NCBI RefSeq assembly: GCF_000143415.4 | Contig: NW_003314426.1 | Span: 149,959-213,958, forward strand | DNA from: Selaginella moellendorffii | Taxonomy: Eukaryota; Plantae; Lycopodiophyta | Reading direction: 5' to 3' | Length of the DNA: 64,000 nucleotides | Shown here: in pieces, positions 9,739 to 22,340 of the stretch | Layout: each line of letters starts with the position of its first letter | How positions within the stretch are numbered: the first letter of the stretch is position 1 | Program-made: the position numbers and the translations under genes | Notes under the pieces: generated by a model | Told to the model about the DNA's origin: nothing | Database searches by the model: none | The model's input: the letters and a program-made list of their open reading frames with translations, nothing else

Positions 9739-12700
9739 TGATACTTGTCACGGACATGGGGGATATGGATGCGTTCCATGCCTTCATATCAGGTTTGCAA
9801 ACCTGGGCTCGTGGTGAGGTGATGTGGTGGAACCCGACCAACTACAAGGAAGCGTTGGATGCGGCCATCAAGGTGCATTTCAACGATAACCTGCGAAAGG
9901 GGAACACGACGGGGTCGGGATCCACATTTAGCAAAGGGGCCAAACCAAGGGGAACGTATAGCAAGGGGAAATTCAAAAAGAGTTTCTCTAAGAATGAGTC
10001 CTCGGGGTTCCGGAAAGGCAAATCCGGTGGCCAGCGAGCGAGTACGTGGGGGAGTCAAGTGAGAAAAGACAAACCCACGGATAAGAAGGTCAAGTCGTAT
10101 AGCAGCGTGGGAAACAACGTATGCTACAACTGCGGCGAAGCGGGACACTTCTCGAGGGAATGTCCCTACCCGAAGAAGGCCAGAGCCAATATGGCCATCA
10201 AGTCGGGTGAAGTCCAAACTGAGGTATGTGATACAGTCCCTAACTCAAAGTTACTCATTACACGAGCAACTTTGGTAGAGAGTCGTTCGCGACATCTACT
10301 AGCCCTCCGAGGGAAGCTCGGAGGTAGCTTTGTTAAGATCCTTATTGACACGGGTGCTTCGGATAATTTTGTGGCTGCAGACATAGTCCGGCAAGCCGGA
10401 CTAACGGTGCAGCGGCTAGGCGAACCAAGGACTATAGAGTTTGTTCAGGGTAGCCAAAACACCGATGAGGTACTTCGACAAGCGAGAGTCGAAGTGGGGA
10501 CATGGAAAGTGGACATGGATTTCACCGTCTTGGACATGGCGGGATTTGACATGATCTTCGGAATGGATTGGTTTAATTGGTTCGTGGTAGCCCTGCATGG
10601 ACAAGGTAAGAACCTTGTGGTATTGGCAAATGCCCAAGGAAGAAGATCTAGGGTGGAGGCCCAGGATCTAAAGGTAAGGCAAAGCAAGGCCAAAGAGTCA
10701 TGCTTAAAACTGGTGTCCACGAGAGGACAACTCACTAAAGGAACTAAGGCCAGCCTTTTTGTGCTTACTCTCGGTGAAGAGTGACAAAAAGACAAGAACG
10801 GAAGAAGTACCTTTAGTGATCCAGCAGGTGCTGGACCAATTCTAGGATACCATGCCGAAGGAGCTACCGGCGGGGTTGCCCCCCGCACGACCGATAGAAC
10901 ATAAAATTGAGCTGGTCGAGGGTGCTGAGGCGGTGGTTCGTCCACCCTATCGATTGAACGAAAAAGAACTCAAGGAGCTCAAGAGCCAACTAGAGGAGTT
11001 GGTGGCCAAAGGTATGTTAGGTTGAGCAAGTCGCCGTATGGGGCGCCGGTGCTATTTGTGAAAAAGAAAGATGGATCTATGCGCATGTGCATAGACTACC
11101 GGTTGCTCAACAAGTATACCAAGAAGAACAAGTACCCTTTGCCAAGGATCGAGGACCTGTTCGATAGGTTGGGAAAGGCAAAATACTTCTCGAGGATTGA
11201 CCTAAGGTCAGGATACTACCAGATCAGGGTAGCTGAGGAAGATGTCGAGAAGACAACCTGTCGAACGAGGTATGGGAGCTTTGAGTTTTTGGTGATGCCC
11301 TTTGGGCTGTGCAATGCGCCGGCAACGTTTTCGGCGTTGATGAACCACATCTTTGTACCCTATCTGGATCGCTTCGTGGTCGTCTATATTGACGACATCC
11401 TGATCTATAGCGAGACGCTAGAGGAGCATGCCGAACACTTGGCGAAGGTGTTTGAGAAACTAAGGGAACACAAACTGTATGCTAAAGAGAGCAAATGTGA
11501 CTTTGCTCAACAAGAGGTAAAGTTTCTCGGGCATGTGGTGGGCCAGGACGGGCTCAAGGTGGACCCGGAGAAGGTCCAAGTGATCCAGGAATGGGAGCGA
11601 CCTTCGAATGTACATGAGTTGAGGGCGTTCTTGGGGCTATGCAACTACTATCGAAAGTTTATCAGACACTATTCGAGAGTAGCCCTGCCCTTAACGGACC
11701 AAACAGGAAAAGGGAAGATGGTATGGACAGCGGAATGCGAGGCGGCATTCGTCCACCTCAAAGGGAAATTGAGGAAGGCTCCCGTGTTGGCATTACCAGA
11801 CTTTGGTAAGGACTTCGAGGTAGACACGGATGCTTCGGACTTTGCGTTGGGCGCAGTTTTGAAGCAAGACAACCATCCAGTAGCGTTCTTTTCGAAGAAG
11901 CTGGACAAGGCTCAACGGAAGTGGCCTGCCCACAAGAAGGAATTGTTTGCGGTGGTCAAGGCGCTCAAGGAGTGGCGACACTACCTTGGGAGACACTTCA
12001 AGGTTTACACGGACAATGTGGCAACGAAACACTTCTTGTCACAACCCGACCTGAGAGGGAAACAAGGTCGGTGGGCCAATGCCTTGGCCGAGTTTGATTG
12101 CGAGATTCTGTACAAGCCTGGGAAGAGCAACATCATGGCAGATGCGCTAAGTCGAAAAGCGAGCTTGAGGTTGGCGATATCCAGCGCAACAGCAACCTTT
12201 TGGGACGATGTGCGGACAGCATATGAGAACGATGGTCTAGCACAAGAAGTGTTGTTGAGGAATCTGGAGGCGCGGGAAGCTCACCAGAGAGGTGAGCTGC
12301 CAACGGAAGAGAAAACGGGCTATGCGGAACGCAACGGACTCATTTATTACAAGCAAACGAGGGTATATGTTCCAGAAGGGGGACTAAGGAAGGTAGCCTT
12401 AGAAGAGTGTCATGAAGGACCTTTTGCGGGACACGGCGGAGTGCCCAAGACGATGGGCTTACTCAAGAGGAAGTACCATTGGCCAGATATGGCTAAGGAC
12501 GTCCAAGACTATGTAAAGACATGTCCAACATGTCAGCAGGTCAAAGCCATGACTAAGGCTAGTGGGGGCTTGTTGCAAAGCATCCCAATTCCAGATCGTC
12601 TGTGGAAATGTCTTACGATGGACTTCATCATGGGACTACCCCCAAGCGAGGGGTTCGATGCGATATTCGTGGTGGTGGATCGATTTTCGAAGATGGCACA

Positions 12701-13761
12701 TTTCATACCCACCACAACGGAAGTGGATGCGGAAGGTGTGGCAAAGCTGTTCTTCGAACAAGTGGTTCGAGTGCGGGGAAGGCCAGAAGAGATTATCTCA
12801 GATCGAGATAAGATTTTCACTAGTAGGTTCTGGAGGACCCTCCTGGAACAGTATCGCACCAAGTTGAAATTTAGCACAGCCTATCACCCACAGACAGGTA
12901 TGGGGTATTAAGTCAAGTTTGGTGGTCCTAACACTTCTTGACAGATGGACAAACGGAAAGGGTGAATAGGCAGCTGGAGGATTATTTGCGATGCTATGTC
13001 TCGGGAGACCAGACCAACTGGGTAAGTCATTTGGGACTTGCGGAAATGTGTTATAACAACTCACCACATTCGAGTATCGGGGTGAGTCCATGGGAAGTCA
13101 TCAATGGGCGAGCTATTGAAGGTCCTGTGGAACTCGGCGTGGCCGAGTATCATGGAGAGCTACCCACAGTGGAGGCATTCACGGCGGAAAGACTCAACAT
13201 TTGGAATCTAGTGAGGGATTCCTTGGAACGGGCTCAACAAAGGCAAACCAAGTATGCGAACCTAAAGCGCCGGGATGTAGAGTTCCAAGCTGGGGAGAAG
13301 GTGTGGCTGAACACCAAGAACCTCAGGCTACCAAGTGGGATCAGCCGAAAGTTGACCCAAAGGTAAAAATGCATGTATTCCTGTAAATGAATTGATCTTG
13401 AGTTCCTTAAGCAGATTCGCGGGGCCTTACGAGATTGAGGCACGAATCGGTAAAGTGGCTTACCGACTCCGACTTCCTCGAGAGATGGGGAAGATACACC
13501 CAGTGTTCCACGTGAACTTACTCAAGCCGTACTTTAAGGATCCGCTTCGCAAGGACCAAGTAAGACCTTTACCTGAGGTTATCCAAGGGGAAGAGGAATA
13601 CGAAGTCGAGGCCATCCTCAATGCGCGCAAGAGCAAGCGACAATGACGTGAGGTGAGAGAGTTCCATGTGAAGTGGAAAGGATTTCCACACTGCGAAGCA
13701 ACATGAGAACCGGAGGAAAACCTAGCGAACGCGCGAGATCTAGTGGAGGAATTTCTGCAAG
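9739..13761 (+). pseudogene. gag-pol polyprotein of the gypsy element (stops/frameshifts; apparent introns 12898-12944 and 13363-13414)
   Basis: ORFs 9738-10784, 11022-12911, 12938-13366 and 13392-13646; removing the GT-AG segments restores HPQTDGQTER and LTQRFAGPY. Confidence 0.9.
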
Positions 13762-14199
13762 GTAGAACTCTATGTACTTATGCAAAGTTCAATTAAAAAT
13801 ATCAATTTGCAAAGTTGAGCAAATGGCATATGTTGGGACCCGAAGGCGCGCCGAAGGTAAGCTAATTAGCATGGGTTAGCTAGGTCGACCAGGCGTAGAG
13901 AGCTACGCCCGACTCCCTGCGGGGATGTCGAATCCGTAGACGTATTCTACGGAGGTTGGGTTCGAGTCCCAACCCCCTAGTAAAGCAAGGCTGGGTTCAA
14001 GTCCCGACCCTATACTAGGGCGTGGTGAGGTAAGGAGTATAGGGACACCTATATTCCGTTGTCATGGGCTCTTGGCCGGGGAGGCTAACTTAGGCACACC
14101 GCTAAGTGGGGGGATGCCCCCGGAGACATGGTCAACAAGTTGTAGGATAAAATGAGACGTTCGATGTGGGCATCGAACTTCTTCTATGGGTGATGGAGT

Positions 14200-15324
14200 T
14201 GTAAGGAACCAACTCGCCGAGGTGTCATACGCTAAAGGAACCCCGAAAGCATGACCAAAATGACAAAGAGTTCATCGGATGGGACCAAGTCGAAGATCGA
14301 GTCCAAGACCGACTCTAGGACCGAGTTCGAGATCGAGTCCGGAATCGAGTCCAAGACCGACTCGGGGACCGAGTTCGAGTCCGAGTTCGAGACCGAGTTC
14401 GAGACGGAGTCCGAGATCCGAAATCGGGTCCGAGACCGAGTCCGAGGTCGGGTCTGAGATCGGGTCCGAGATCGAGTCCGAGATCGAGTCCGAAACCGAA
14501 TCCGAAGTCGGATCCGAAATCGGGTCCGAGATCGAGCCAGAGACTAAGTCCAAATACTAATACGGGTCAAGGGGTGAAAGCCCAAAGCGTGCGTCTCCTA
14601 GGGGGGGGGGGGGCTGCAGTATAGTAGGGATAGTGAGGTCCAGGAACCAGTTTTGAAGGGACTCTCCAGTTGGGCTTCCAAACCGACTTGAGGTTGAGAT
14701 TGAGACCGAGGGGCCTTGGGTGGGAGTGAGCATGGACTTGGCTGGTGCCGGAGGGGCCATCCAAGGAAGTGCTCAAGAGCAGCTCCCACTCCCGAAAGGG
14801 AAATCGATTGCAGTGCTCCCGGCTTATGTGGAGTGGTGCCCCACTTGAGTACCATGCGGCTCATTGGTCCTCGCCCTTCCTAGGGGCTTGGGCCTTCCTT
14901 CGGGATGGAAGTGGGGGGCGAGAGGTACCCATACCAGGCCGCTAGGCCACGGTGTTTTGCCCCGGCGTCCCGAAGCAAGTGTTGCACTCAAGACTTGGGA
15001 TTTAGAGGGTCCTATGATCAAGTCTTGTGATACCAAAGGATGTTAGGAACCTGGAAGCTTGGTGTGCTTGGCTGCTTGTGCTTGCGGGGAGTGTAGCCGA
15101 ACCTTAAGTCCAGTCTAACCCGGGGAGGGGGATTGGGAGTGATTTGGGAATCCGTGGATGGATGGCTAACACTCCGTTGCTCGTGCAGTGAGTAGCTGAA
15201 ACCAAGTAGGAGCTGGTACCATAGGCGAGAACCTTGGCAAGGGAACTTAGCAAAAGCCAAGACAGTGTTGGACGGATAGTCGAGGTAAGCTGGCAAATTG
15301 GAAAGGAAAAATTTGTGGCTTACA
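14200..15324 (+). repeat. 3' LTR with internal (CCGAGT/CCGAGA)n hexamer array at about 14280-14545
   Basis: TGTAAG...CTTACA inverted termini, preceded by the purine-rich GGGTGATGGAGT; the right boundary is confirmed by the uninterrupted duplicate at 50138. Confidence 0.85.
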
Positions 15325-15999
15325 CATTGGTCATAAGCTAGAATACAATAGAGAAGTGCTAACTCTCCCCTTTAATTACTCTTACATGGTGGCAACTGCC
15401 ACTTCTTCATGAGTCATGATTGTCAACTACGAAGCTTTGCGCTTTTTTTAGCGAGCTGGTCATTGATGCATTGTGTTTCTGCACATACTGTCCTCTAGGA
15501 CATATCTCTAGAGTTAGGATTTTGCTCTTTGCAATGGAGTGTCAAGTTTGAGTCCTTGTGGTAACTTTCTTGAGTTTTTTCTTTGTTGGTGTGGTAGTGT
15601 TGGAAAAGCTTGCTTTATGTTGGTCTTTGGCATGTTTGTTAATGAGTCTTAAGACATTTGTTAGTATCTAAATCTTGTTTTGGGTCAAAGTTCTTCAAAT
15701 TATTATTTTTCTTCATGTTGTTTTCTTGAGCTTGATTTTTCAGAGTTTTTCTTGTGTTGGATTTTTGAATTTGAGCTTTGTGTTTTTTTATTGTGTTGAG
15801 TTCTTGAGCTTGAACTTTGTAAATCTTAAATGTGTTGAAATTTTGAGTTTGAGTTTTCATAGTCTTGATCTTTTGATCTTCATGCCTGTAGTTCTTCTTG
15901 ATATTTCATTCTTGATCTTTAAAATTGAAACCTTCATTTCTTTTAAGATTGTTGTTGATGATGTTTGAGTCGTATGATTGGTATTTCTTAAGCTTGTTA

Positions 16000-17491
16000 A
16001 GGTTGACGGTTTGGAGATGTTTGCCATCGAATGTTGCGATTGTTCCCATTCCTGGAGCTTTGAATTTTTTAATGAGGAATGGTCCTTCTCATCTTGACTT
16101 CACTTTCGAGCTGATTTTCTCAATGTTTTTTAGAAACTAAAGTACTTGATCATTGATCTTGAATTCTTTATTTTTCTTTAATTTTCTCTTTTAGTCATGG
16201 TTGAATTTTCTTCAAGCTTAAATGGCTTCGAGTGTCTAAATTGCTTATAGTCTTTCTTTATCAAGTTTTTCTAGTATGACTAGTTTTTTTTTAATTGATT
16301 CTTCTTGGTTGATCTCGTAGTATATTGCCATTCACAATGAAGGACGATGTACTTGAGTGGTGTTAAGGATTCTAAGTCATAAGCAAGCTTGAATAATGTC
16401 GAATTTGTTGAAACCTTGTATGTTGTTCAATATACCCATAAGGTATTGTAAATATGATTGTCCCAATCTTTCTAATTTGTTTTTATGATTTTCTTGAGGA
16501 TGTTCTTAAGTGTCTTGTTTATCAACTCTGCTTAACCGTTGCCTTGAGGGTAGTATGGTGTTAAAACCTTATGTTTGTTTCTCTTGAAGCTTGTTATAAG
16601 TAGTCCAAAGAAGTCGAGTCCTTATCGTTAAAATGGTTCCAGTGGTGTTGTTAGATGAAGCTCTTAAATTTGTTTCTTTGATGTGTACTTGGTTTGTTGA
16701 CAAATGTTGCATTCTTGACAAAATTTTACTAAGTTATGCCAAAGTGTTAGCCACCAGAGTCCTATTTGCAAAATCTTGTGAGCTGTGATTTCTTCTGTGA
16801 AGTGGCCTCTTGCTTGTCCATAATGGGCTTCTCCAAGTAGATCTTGAGTTCTTCAAGTTGTACACATCTTCGTAGCACATTGTCTCGTCCTTTTTTGTAC
16901 AATCCTCCTCCCACGACTGAATACCTCAAGGCAAATTGTTTACGGTGATTAGAGATGGAGTATCGATTTGGAATTATTGTTGTTATTAGGTAGTAGTAGA
17001 TGTCATTCGTCCATGTTGATGATGTGTGGATGCAAAGTATGTTGGAGTCAGGAAAGTCGTCCATATTATATTTTAGTTGTTCACTAGTTGTAATGTAGTT
17101 AAGGTGGTTGGTTTATACATGTTGTTTGCCAGATTTGTGAATAATCTTGAAGTTGTATGCTTGAAGTAATAAGAACCATCAGGCAATTCTACCGGTGAAG
17201 ATGGTCTTGTTGAGGAGATGTAAAAGTGTTTTGTAGTTAACAATGATCTTGACTTTGGTGCCGAGTAGGTAGTGTCAAAACTTTTATAGTGCATAGACCA
17301 TTGCTAAAACTTCTTTTTTAGTGGTGGTGTAGTTCATCTCAGCTGAGTTGAGTCTTCAGCTCACATAATAAATTGGTCGGTCTTTGAGGTCTTATTGTTG
17401 TTGAGAAAGTATTGCTCTGATGGCATAATCAAAGGTGTCAATGTGTATTGAAGTCTTTGTCCCAGTTTGGTTGGGCAAGTATTGGAGCCCT
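16000..17491 (-). pseudogene. Old, heavily decayed gypsy RNase H/integrase remnant (approximate left boundary)
   Basis: Fragments such as FALRYSVVGGGLYKKGRDNVLRRCV, a TPYYPQGNG-like motif and a GPFLI motif on the minus strand, with many stops. Confidence 0.65.
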
Positions 17492-20400
17492 TGTTAAGGA
17501 ATTTGTTAGGAACCCCCCAATTCTTGCTACATTCCTGACTCTCGCCAAATTCCTAACCCACAGACCACATTCCTGACTCTCAAGACACGACCACATTCCT
17601 GACTCTTAAGACACTTCCCTATTCCTGACTCTTTGATTTCCTGTATGATTCCTGATTCTCGAACCACATTGCTGATGATGATGTGGCACCTCCTCGACCT
17701 CAGTTATATTTAGACTGTCCTCGATCCAAGAGTGCTGAAGCTTCATCAACCTATAGTATATATAGGTTAGCTTTATTCCATTTCTTCACAATATGAATCA
17801 ACATTAGTCTAAGGCCTTTTCTTCATCTCCACTAGCTTTTCTCTTTGTCTTTTGCATTTTCCAGTCCTGATCTTATTGGGGGTCTTGATAGTTTCCCGGC
17901 GATGTTCTCAAGCAAGCGTTTGGAGCTTCGCAGATTCCTGAACCAGATGGAGCTGATCTTTGCACTTCAATATCGGTGGTACCCCACTCTCGAGTCTCAA
18001 ATCAGCACGATCGGGACATTGGTCAAAGGTGCAGCTTTGTCATAGTTTTCTCCTCTCCTGGAGAAGAGCATGAAAGGGGTCATGGTTCTGGAGCTGATGG
18101 ATCTTCAGTTGTTCAAAGAGGATCTTGAAGCATGTTTTGGTGAGATAGATTGGGTTTGGGCTGCCACCACAAAGATGAGACGTCTCTCTCAGGGGTCTTA
18201 TCTTGCCTCAATCTATGCTACAGAGTTCCAACTCCTTGCCTTGGATACTCAATGGGATGAGCGGGCCTTGATTGATCAATTTCGTTTTGGCCTCAACAAC
18301 AGTGTCAAGGATTTGTTGCTCACCATGGAGGATCCAACAGACCTATCGGACGCCATCAACAAAGCTATTTGATGCGATAATCGTCTCTTTGAACATTGTT
18401 AGGAAAGTCACCACACCACCGTTTTCCCGTCCCAGACTCAAGAATCCCAGCTTGAGTCTTTGGGGCATACTCCTGAACCTACTACTCCGGTCCTAATGGA
18501 TATTTCTGGTACTCCCCGACTCATCAGAGGGAAGCTAAGTCCTGCTGAGAAGCAAAGTCGAGTATCTTAGAATCTTTGCCTCTACTGTGCCGATCCTAAT
18601 CACTAAGCAGCTGTGTGTCCTAAGAAGCCTCCCTGATTGCTCGAGTTCACTCTGCCTTAAGGTCCACCTCTATTGCAGTCAGAGTAGGAGCTGTCTATTT
18701 GAACTCCCCGAATAAAAACAACTTTTCTTCTTTATCAAACTCCTCACCACCTTTCATCAAAGCCACCACCAATTCCCGCAACTTTCGCATCCTATGTCTC
18801 CTTTCTTTCACTGAACAATCAAGACTCAAGGCTCTGGCGCTACTGGACTTGAGTGTAACTTCTTGTTTCATGGACATGGACTTTGCTGCGCGACATTATG
18901 TTCCTCTTTCTCCTACCATACGGGATATGAGGGTTGAAGGCATTGGCAGGCAATTTGTGTCTCCATCTTTTGGACTTAGGGAAACATTGCCTGTTCGAGT
19001 ACATATTGGGTCCACCGTCACTGATATCGCCTTCAACATCATCAACAACAAGTCTTCCTCTGTGGTGCTCGGCCTTCCTTGGTTCCAACTGCACCAACCT
19101 CAGATCTATTGGAAGGAATTACAGCTCGTTTCTCCCACATCAGCATCTCCCATGTCTTCCCCTATTGTTCATCAAGTCCAAATCAAGAAAAGTTCCCTAA
19201 ACTCAAATTGGGGTTTTGTTCCTAACTCTACAAAGTTTTCACCCTCTTATTTTCCCTCTCTTCCATCTTACATTGAACAGTATCCTTGTCCCATCATTCC
19301 ATTCAGTCATACACCTCCTCCTATCTCCACAATCACTATGAAAGAACTCCTTCATAAAAAACCTATTTTCCTTTTTGCTTTGCATGTTTCTCTTGTCAGT
19401 CTTTCTGAGAAGTATCATGATTTTGGGAATGTGTTTGACAAGAAAAAAGCTAGTGTACTATCTATTCATCGGCCTTATGACTGTCCTATTAATTTACAGG
19501 AAGGAGCATCACCTTCGTGGGGGCCTATCTACAGATTATCCCTGTCCGAGTTTAAGGCCTTTGTAAGCAACCAAAGGGAATGATTCGAGACATAGTCCAT
19601 GGGGTTCAAATATAGAGGAAAAGGGCCCATAAACAACAGTGCACCCCTTCTCGAATCAGTTAAGAGTTTTGGGATATTTGGGGTTAAGCGTCCTTGGGTT
19701 TAAATAGTACTGGGTTGGGTGATCTCCCGAGAAGTCGAAACTTAGGAGTTTACAGCCCTCAAAGAGTACATGGACGAGAACCTTGCATTGGGGTACATTC
19801 AGCATTCACAATCCCTGGCTGGAGCACCTATTTTCTTTGTCAAGAAGAAGCATGGGAGTTTGCGGTTAGTCATCGACTACTGAGGTTTGAACAAGGTGAC
19901 TGTTCGGAACCATTATCTTTGGATGGCCTCGGTGGTGTGCACTTCTTCACCAAGATTCACCTTTGTGGAGCATACAACCTGATCCAGATCCGGCCTAGCG
20001 ATGAATGGAAGATTGCATTCTGAACCCGCTATGGCCACTTCGAGTACACGGTCATGCCCTTTGGCTTGACAAATGCTCCAGCAGTTTTCCAACATATGGC
20101 GAACGACATCTTTCGGGAGTTTCTTGATGTGATGGTGATCGTCTACCTCGACGACATCCTCATCTACTCAAAAACTTAGGAGGAGCACGACGAGCATGTG
20201 CGCAAGGTGCTAGTGAAGCTGTGGGAACATGGCCTATACGCAAAGCTTGAGAAATGTTCCTTCAATCAGGAGTTTGTGGAGTTCCTTGGGTACATTGTCA
20301 CTCCTGAGGGTATCACGATGGATCCTGCCAAAGTCAAGACTATTCTCGAATGGGAGCCTCCACAATCAATGTTAGATGTTTAGGTTTTTCTTGGCTTCAC

Positions 20401-22273
20401 CAATTTTTACCGCAAATTCATTGATCACTACTCCGACATTGTCCTTCCTCTCACGCATCTCACTCGCAAGGATGTTCCCTTCTCTTGGTTTGCTCCTGCC
20501 CAGCAGGCCTTCGACACACTCAAGGTGGCCTTCAGTTCTACTCCTGTCTTGATCCACGTTGATCCCTCACAACCTTTCTTCATCAAGGCAGATGCCTCCG
20601 ACTTTGCCATCGGTGCTATGCTGTCTCAACTCGGAGCAGATCAGCTCCTTGCCATTGTGGATTCCTTTAGAAAGTGGCATCATTTCTTGGAGGGGGCGAG
20701 CCATCAAACAATGGTGTAGACAGATCACAAAAATCTGGAGTACTTTGCCACTTCCCGAGTTTTGAGCCATCGTCAGGCAAGGTGGGCACAATTCCTGAGT
20801 CAGTTTGACTTTGTTATCAAGTACAAACCTAGAAAGCTTCAGGGCCTTCCTGATGCTCTTTCAAGGCACTCCTATCTCAGTCTCAGGCCTGGTAATCCTG
20901 CTTTCGATCAACAGGATCAAGTTATCCTTGGTCCTGATCTTCTTCAAGTTATGGCAATTTCCCTGGCCCCTCAGGACTCCTCCTTGATGGACATGATCAG
21001 AAATGATCTTCAATCTGACGACCTCGCCAGTGACATTTTCCCCCATCTTTAGGCTGGACATCCAATGACTCCCGATTGCCGGCGATTTGACAAATTCGAG
21101 GTTTTAGATGGTTTGTTGTACCGTGGGGAGCAGATTTACATTGCTGAAGGTGATGCTTGAAGGTTGGTCCTGATGGCATGCCACGATAGCCCAACTACTG
21201 GTCACTTTGGCATTGCGAACTGGTTGCACGGGACTTTTGGTGGCCTCACATGGACAATTACATCAAAGCTTTTGTTACTTCTTGTGACACTTGTGCCCGG
21301 AATAAGGTACCTTGCCACTTTCCTTTAGGTTTGCTTCATTCCTTCCTAGTCCCTTCAGGTCCTTGGGAATCCATCTCAATGGATTTCTTGAGTGATCTTC
21401 CAAGTTCTGGAGGCTTCAACAACATTTTAGTCGTGGTGGATTGCTTCACAAAGATGGCACACTTCCTGCCGTGTACCAAGGAGCTTTTAGGCGAGGACAT
21501 GGCAAAACTGATATTCAAGGAAATTTTCCGACTTCATGGGATTCTTGCAGATGTAGTTTCGGATCCAGGACCTCAATTCATCTCTCATTTTTGGCAACAG
21601 TTCCTGCAGCTTCTTGGAGTGAAGGCCAACCTCTCTTCAGCGTATCATCCTCAAACTGATGGACAGTCCGAGCGAACGATTTAGACATTGGAACAATTCC
21701 TGAGGTGTTTCATCAACTATCATCATAATGACTGGTTCAATATCCTTCCCTTTGCTGAGTTCTCCTATAACAACTCCATTCACTCCTCCCTTCAAGTTTC
21801 CCCCTTCTTTACAAACTCTGGCTGAAATCCCTAATTTAATCTCTCACTTCCTTCTCTATCCGAATCCTCTTGTTCAAATCCCCGCTTTGAGGCATTTATC
21901 TCTAACCTCTAGAAAATCCATAACTCCATCTCCTTCCACCTTCATCGTGCTCAAGAATCTCACAAAACATTCACCAATGTCCATCGTCAGGATTGTCCCT
22001 TTTACAATATCGGGGATATCCTTAGGTGAAATATCTCCACCACCAGGCTATGTCCCAAACTCGATTTCAAATGCCTTGGTCCTTTCCTTATCACTACCAT
22101 CATTAATCTTGTCATTTATCACCTTGCACTTCCCTCCTCATATCAAATTCACCCCGTTTTTCACTCCTCTCTCCTTGAGCCTTATATTCCCAGTCCTATT
22201 CCAAATCGAGTCATTCCTCCACCTCCCCAGTGCAGCTTGAAGATGGGTCTGAGTACAAGGTTTAGGACATCCT
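17492..22273 (+). mobile_element. Degenerate Ty3/gypsy chromovirus (5' LTR about 17492-17790 with CCACATTCCTGACTCT repeats; gag, PR, RT, RH, IN), 3'-truncated
   Basis: Gag YATEFQLLA..WDERALIDQFRFGL; [11 protein letters not shown]; RH DASDFAIGA; IN PWESISMDF..SSAYHPQTDGQSER; many stops. Confidence 0.9.
19562..19754 (+). mobile_element. Cassandra-like solo LTR containing a 5S rRNA-derived segment
   Basis: TGTAAG...TTTACA termini; TSD GCCTT/GCCCT; interrupts pol at FKA|LKEY; 19683-19736 GTTAAGCGTCCTTGGG..AGTACTGGGTTGGGTGATCTCCCGAGAAGTC matches the 5S internal control region (A box to C box). Confidence 0.85.
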
Positions 22274-22340
22274 CACCGAGCCTCATTAGTTGTTATTCTT
22301 AGCATTCAAGTATATTAAGAAATATATTAGAATATACATT

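Larger units (their letters stand above)
9739..15324 (+). mobile_element. Ty3/gypsy chromovirus, 5' part displaced by the inserted element; gag C-terminus, PR, RT, RH, IN, chromodomain, 3' LTR
   Basis: CYNCGEAGHFSREC zinc knuckle, LIDTGAS protease, [15 protein letters not shown] RNase H, integrase, EYEVEAIL..VKWKGF chromodomain; LTR 14200-15324; the empty site is seen at 50137/50138. Confidence 0.95.

Noticed and set aside
10224-10280. Possible additional intron between gag and protease (GTATGT donor)
   Set aside because: The ORF reads through without needing splicing and the acceptor is ambiguous; unsupported without RNA data.
13933-14012. tRNA gene
   Set aside because: T-arm-like hairpins are present, but I could not build a full cloverleaf with D arm and acceptor stem.
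19683-19736. Genuine 5S rRNA gene
   Set aside because: Only the internal approximately 55 nt matches, and it lies inside a TG..CA LTR with a TSD.
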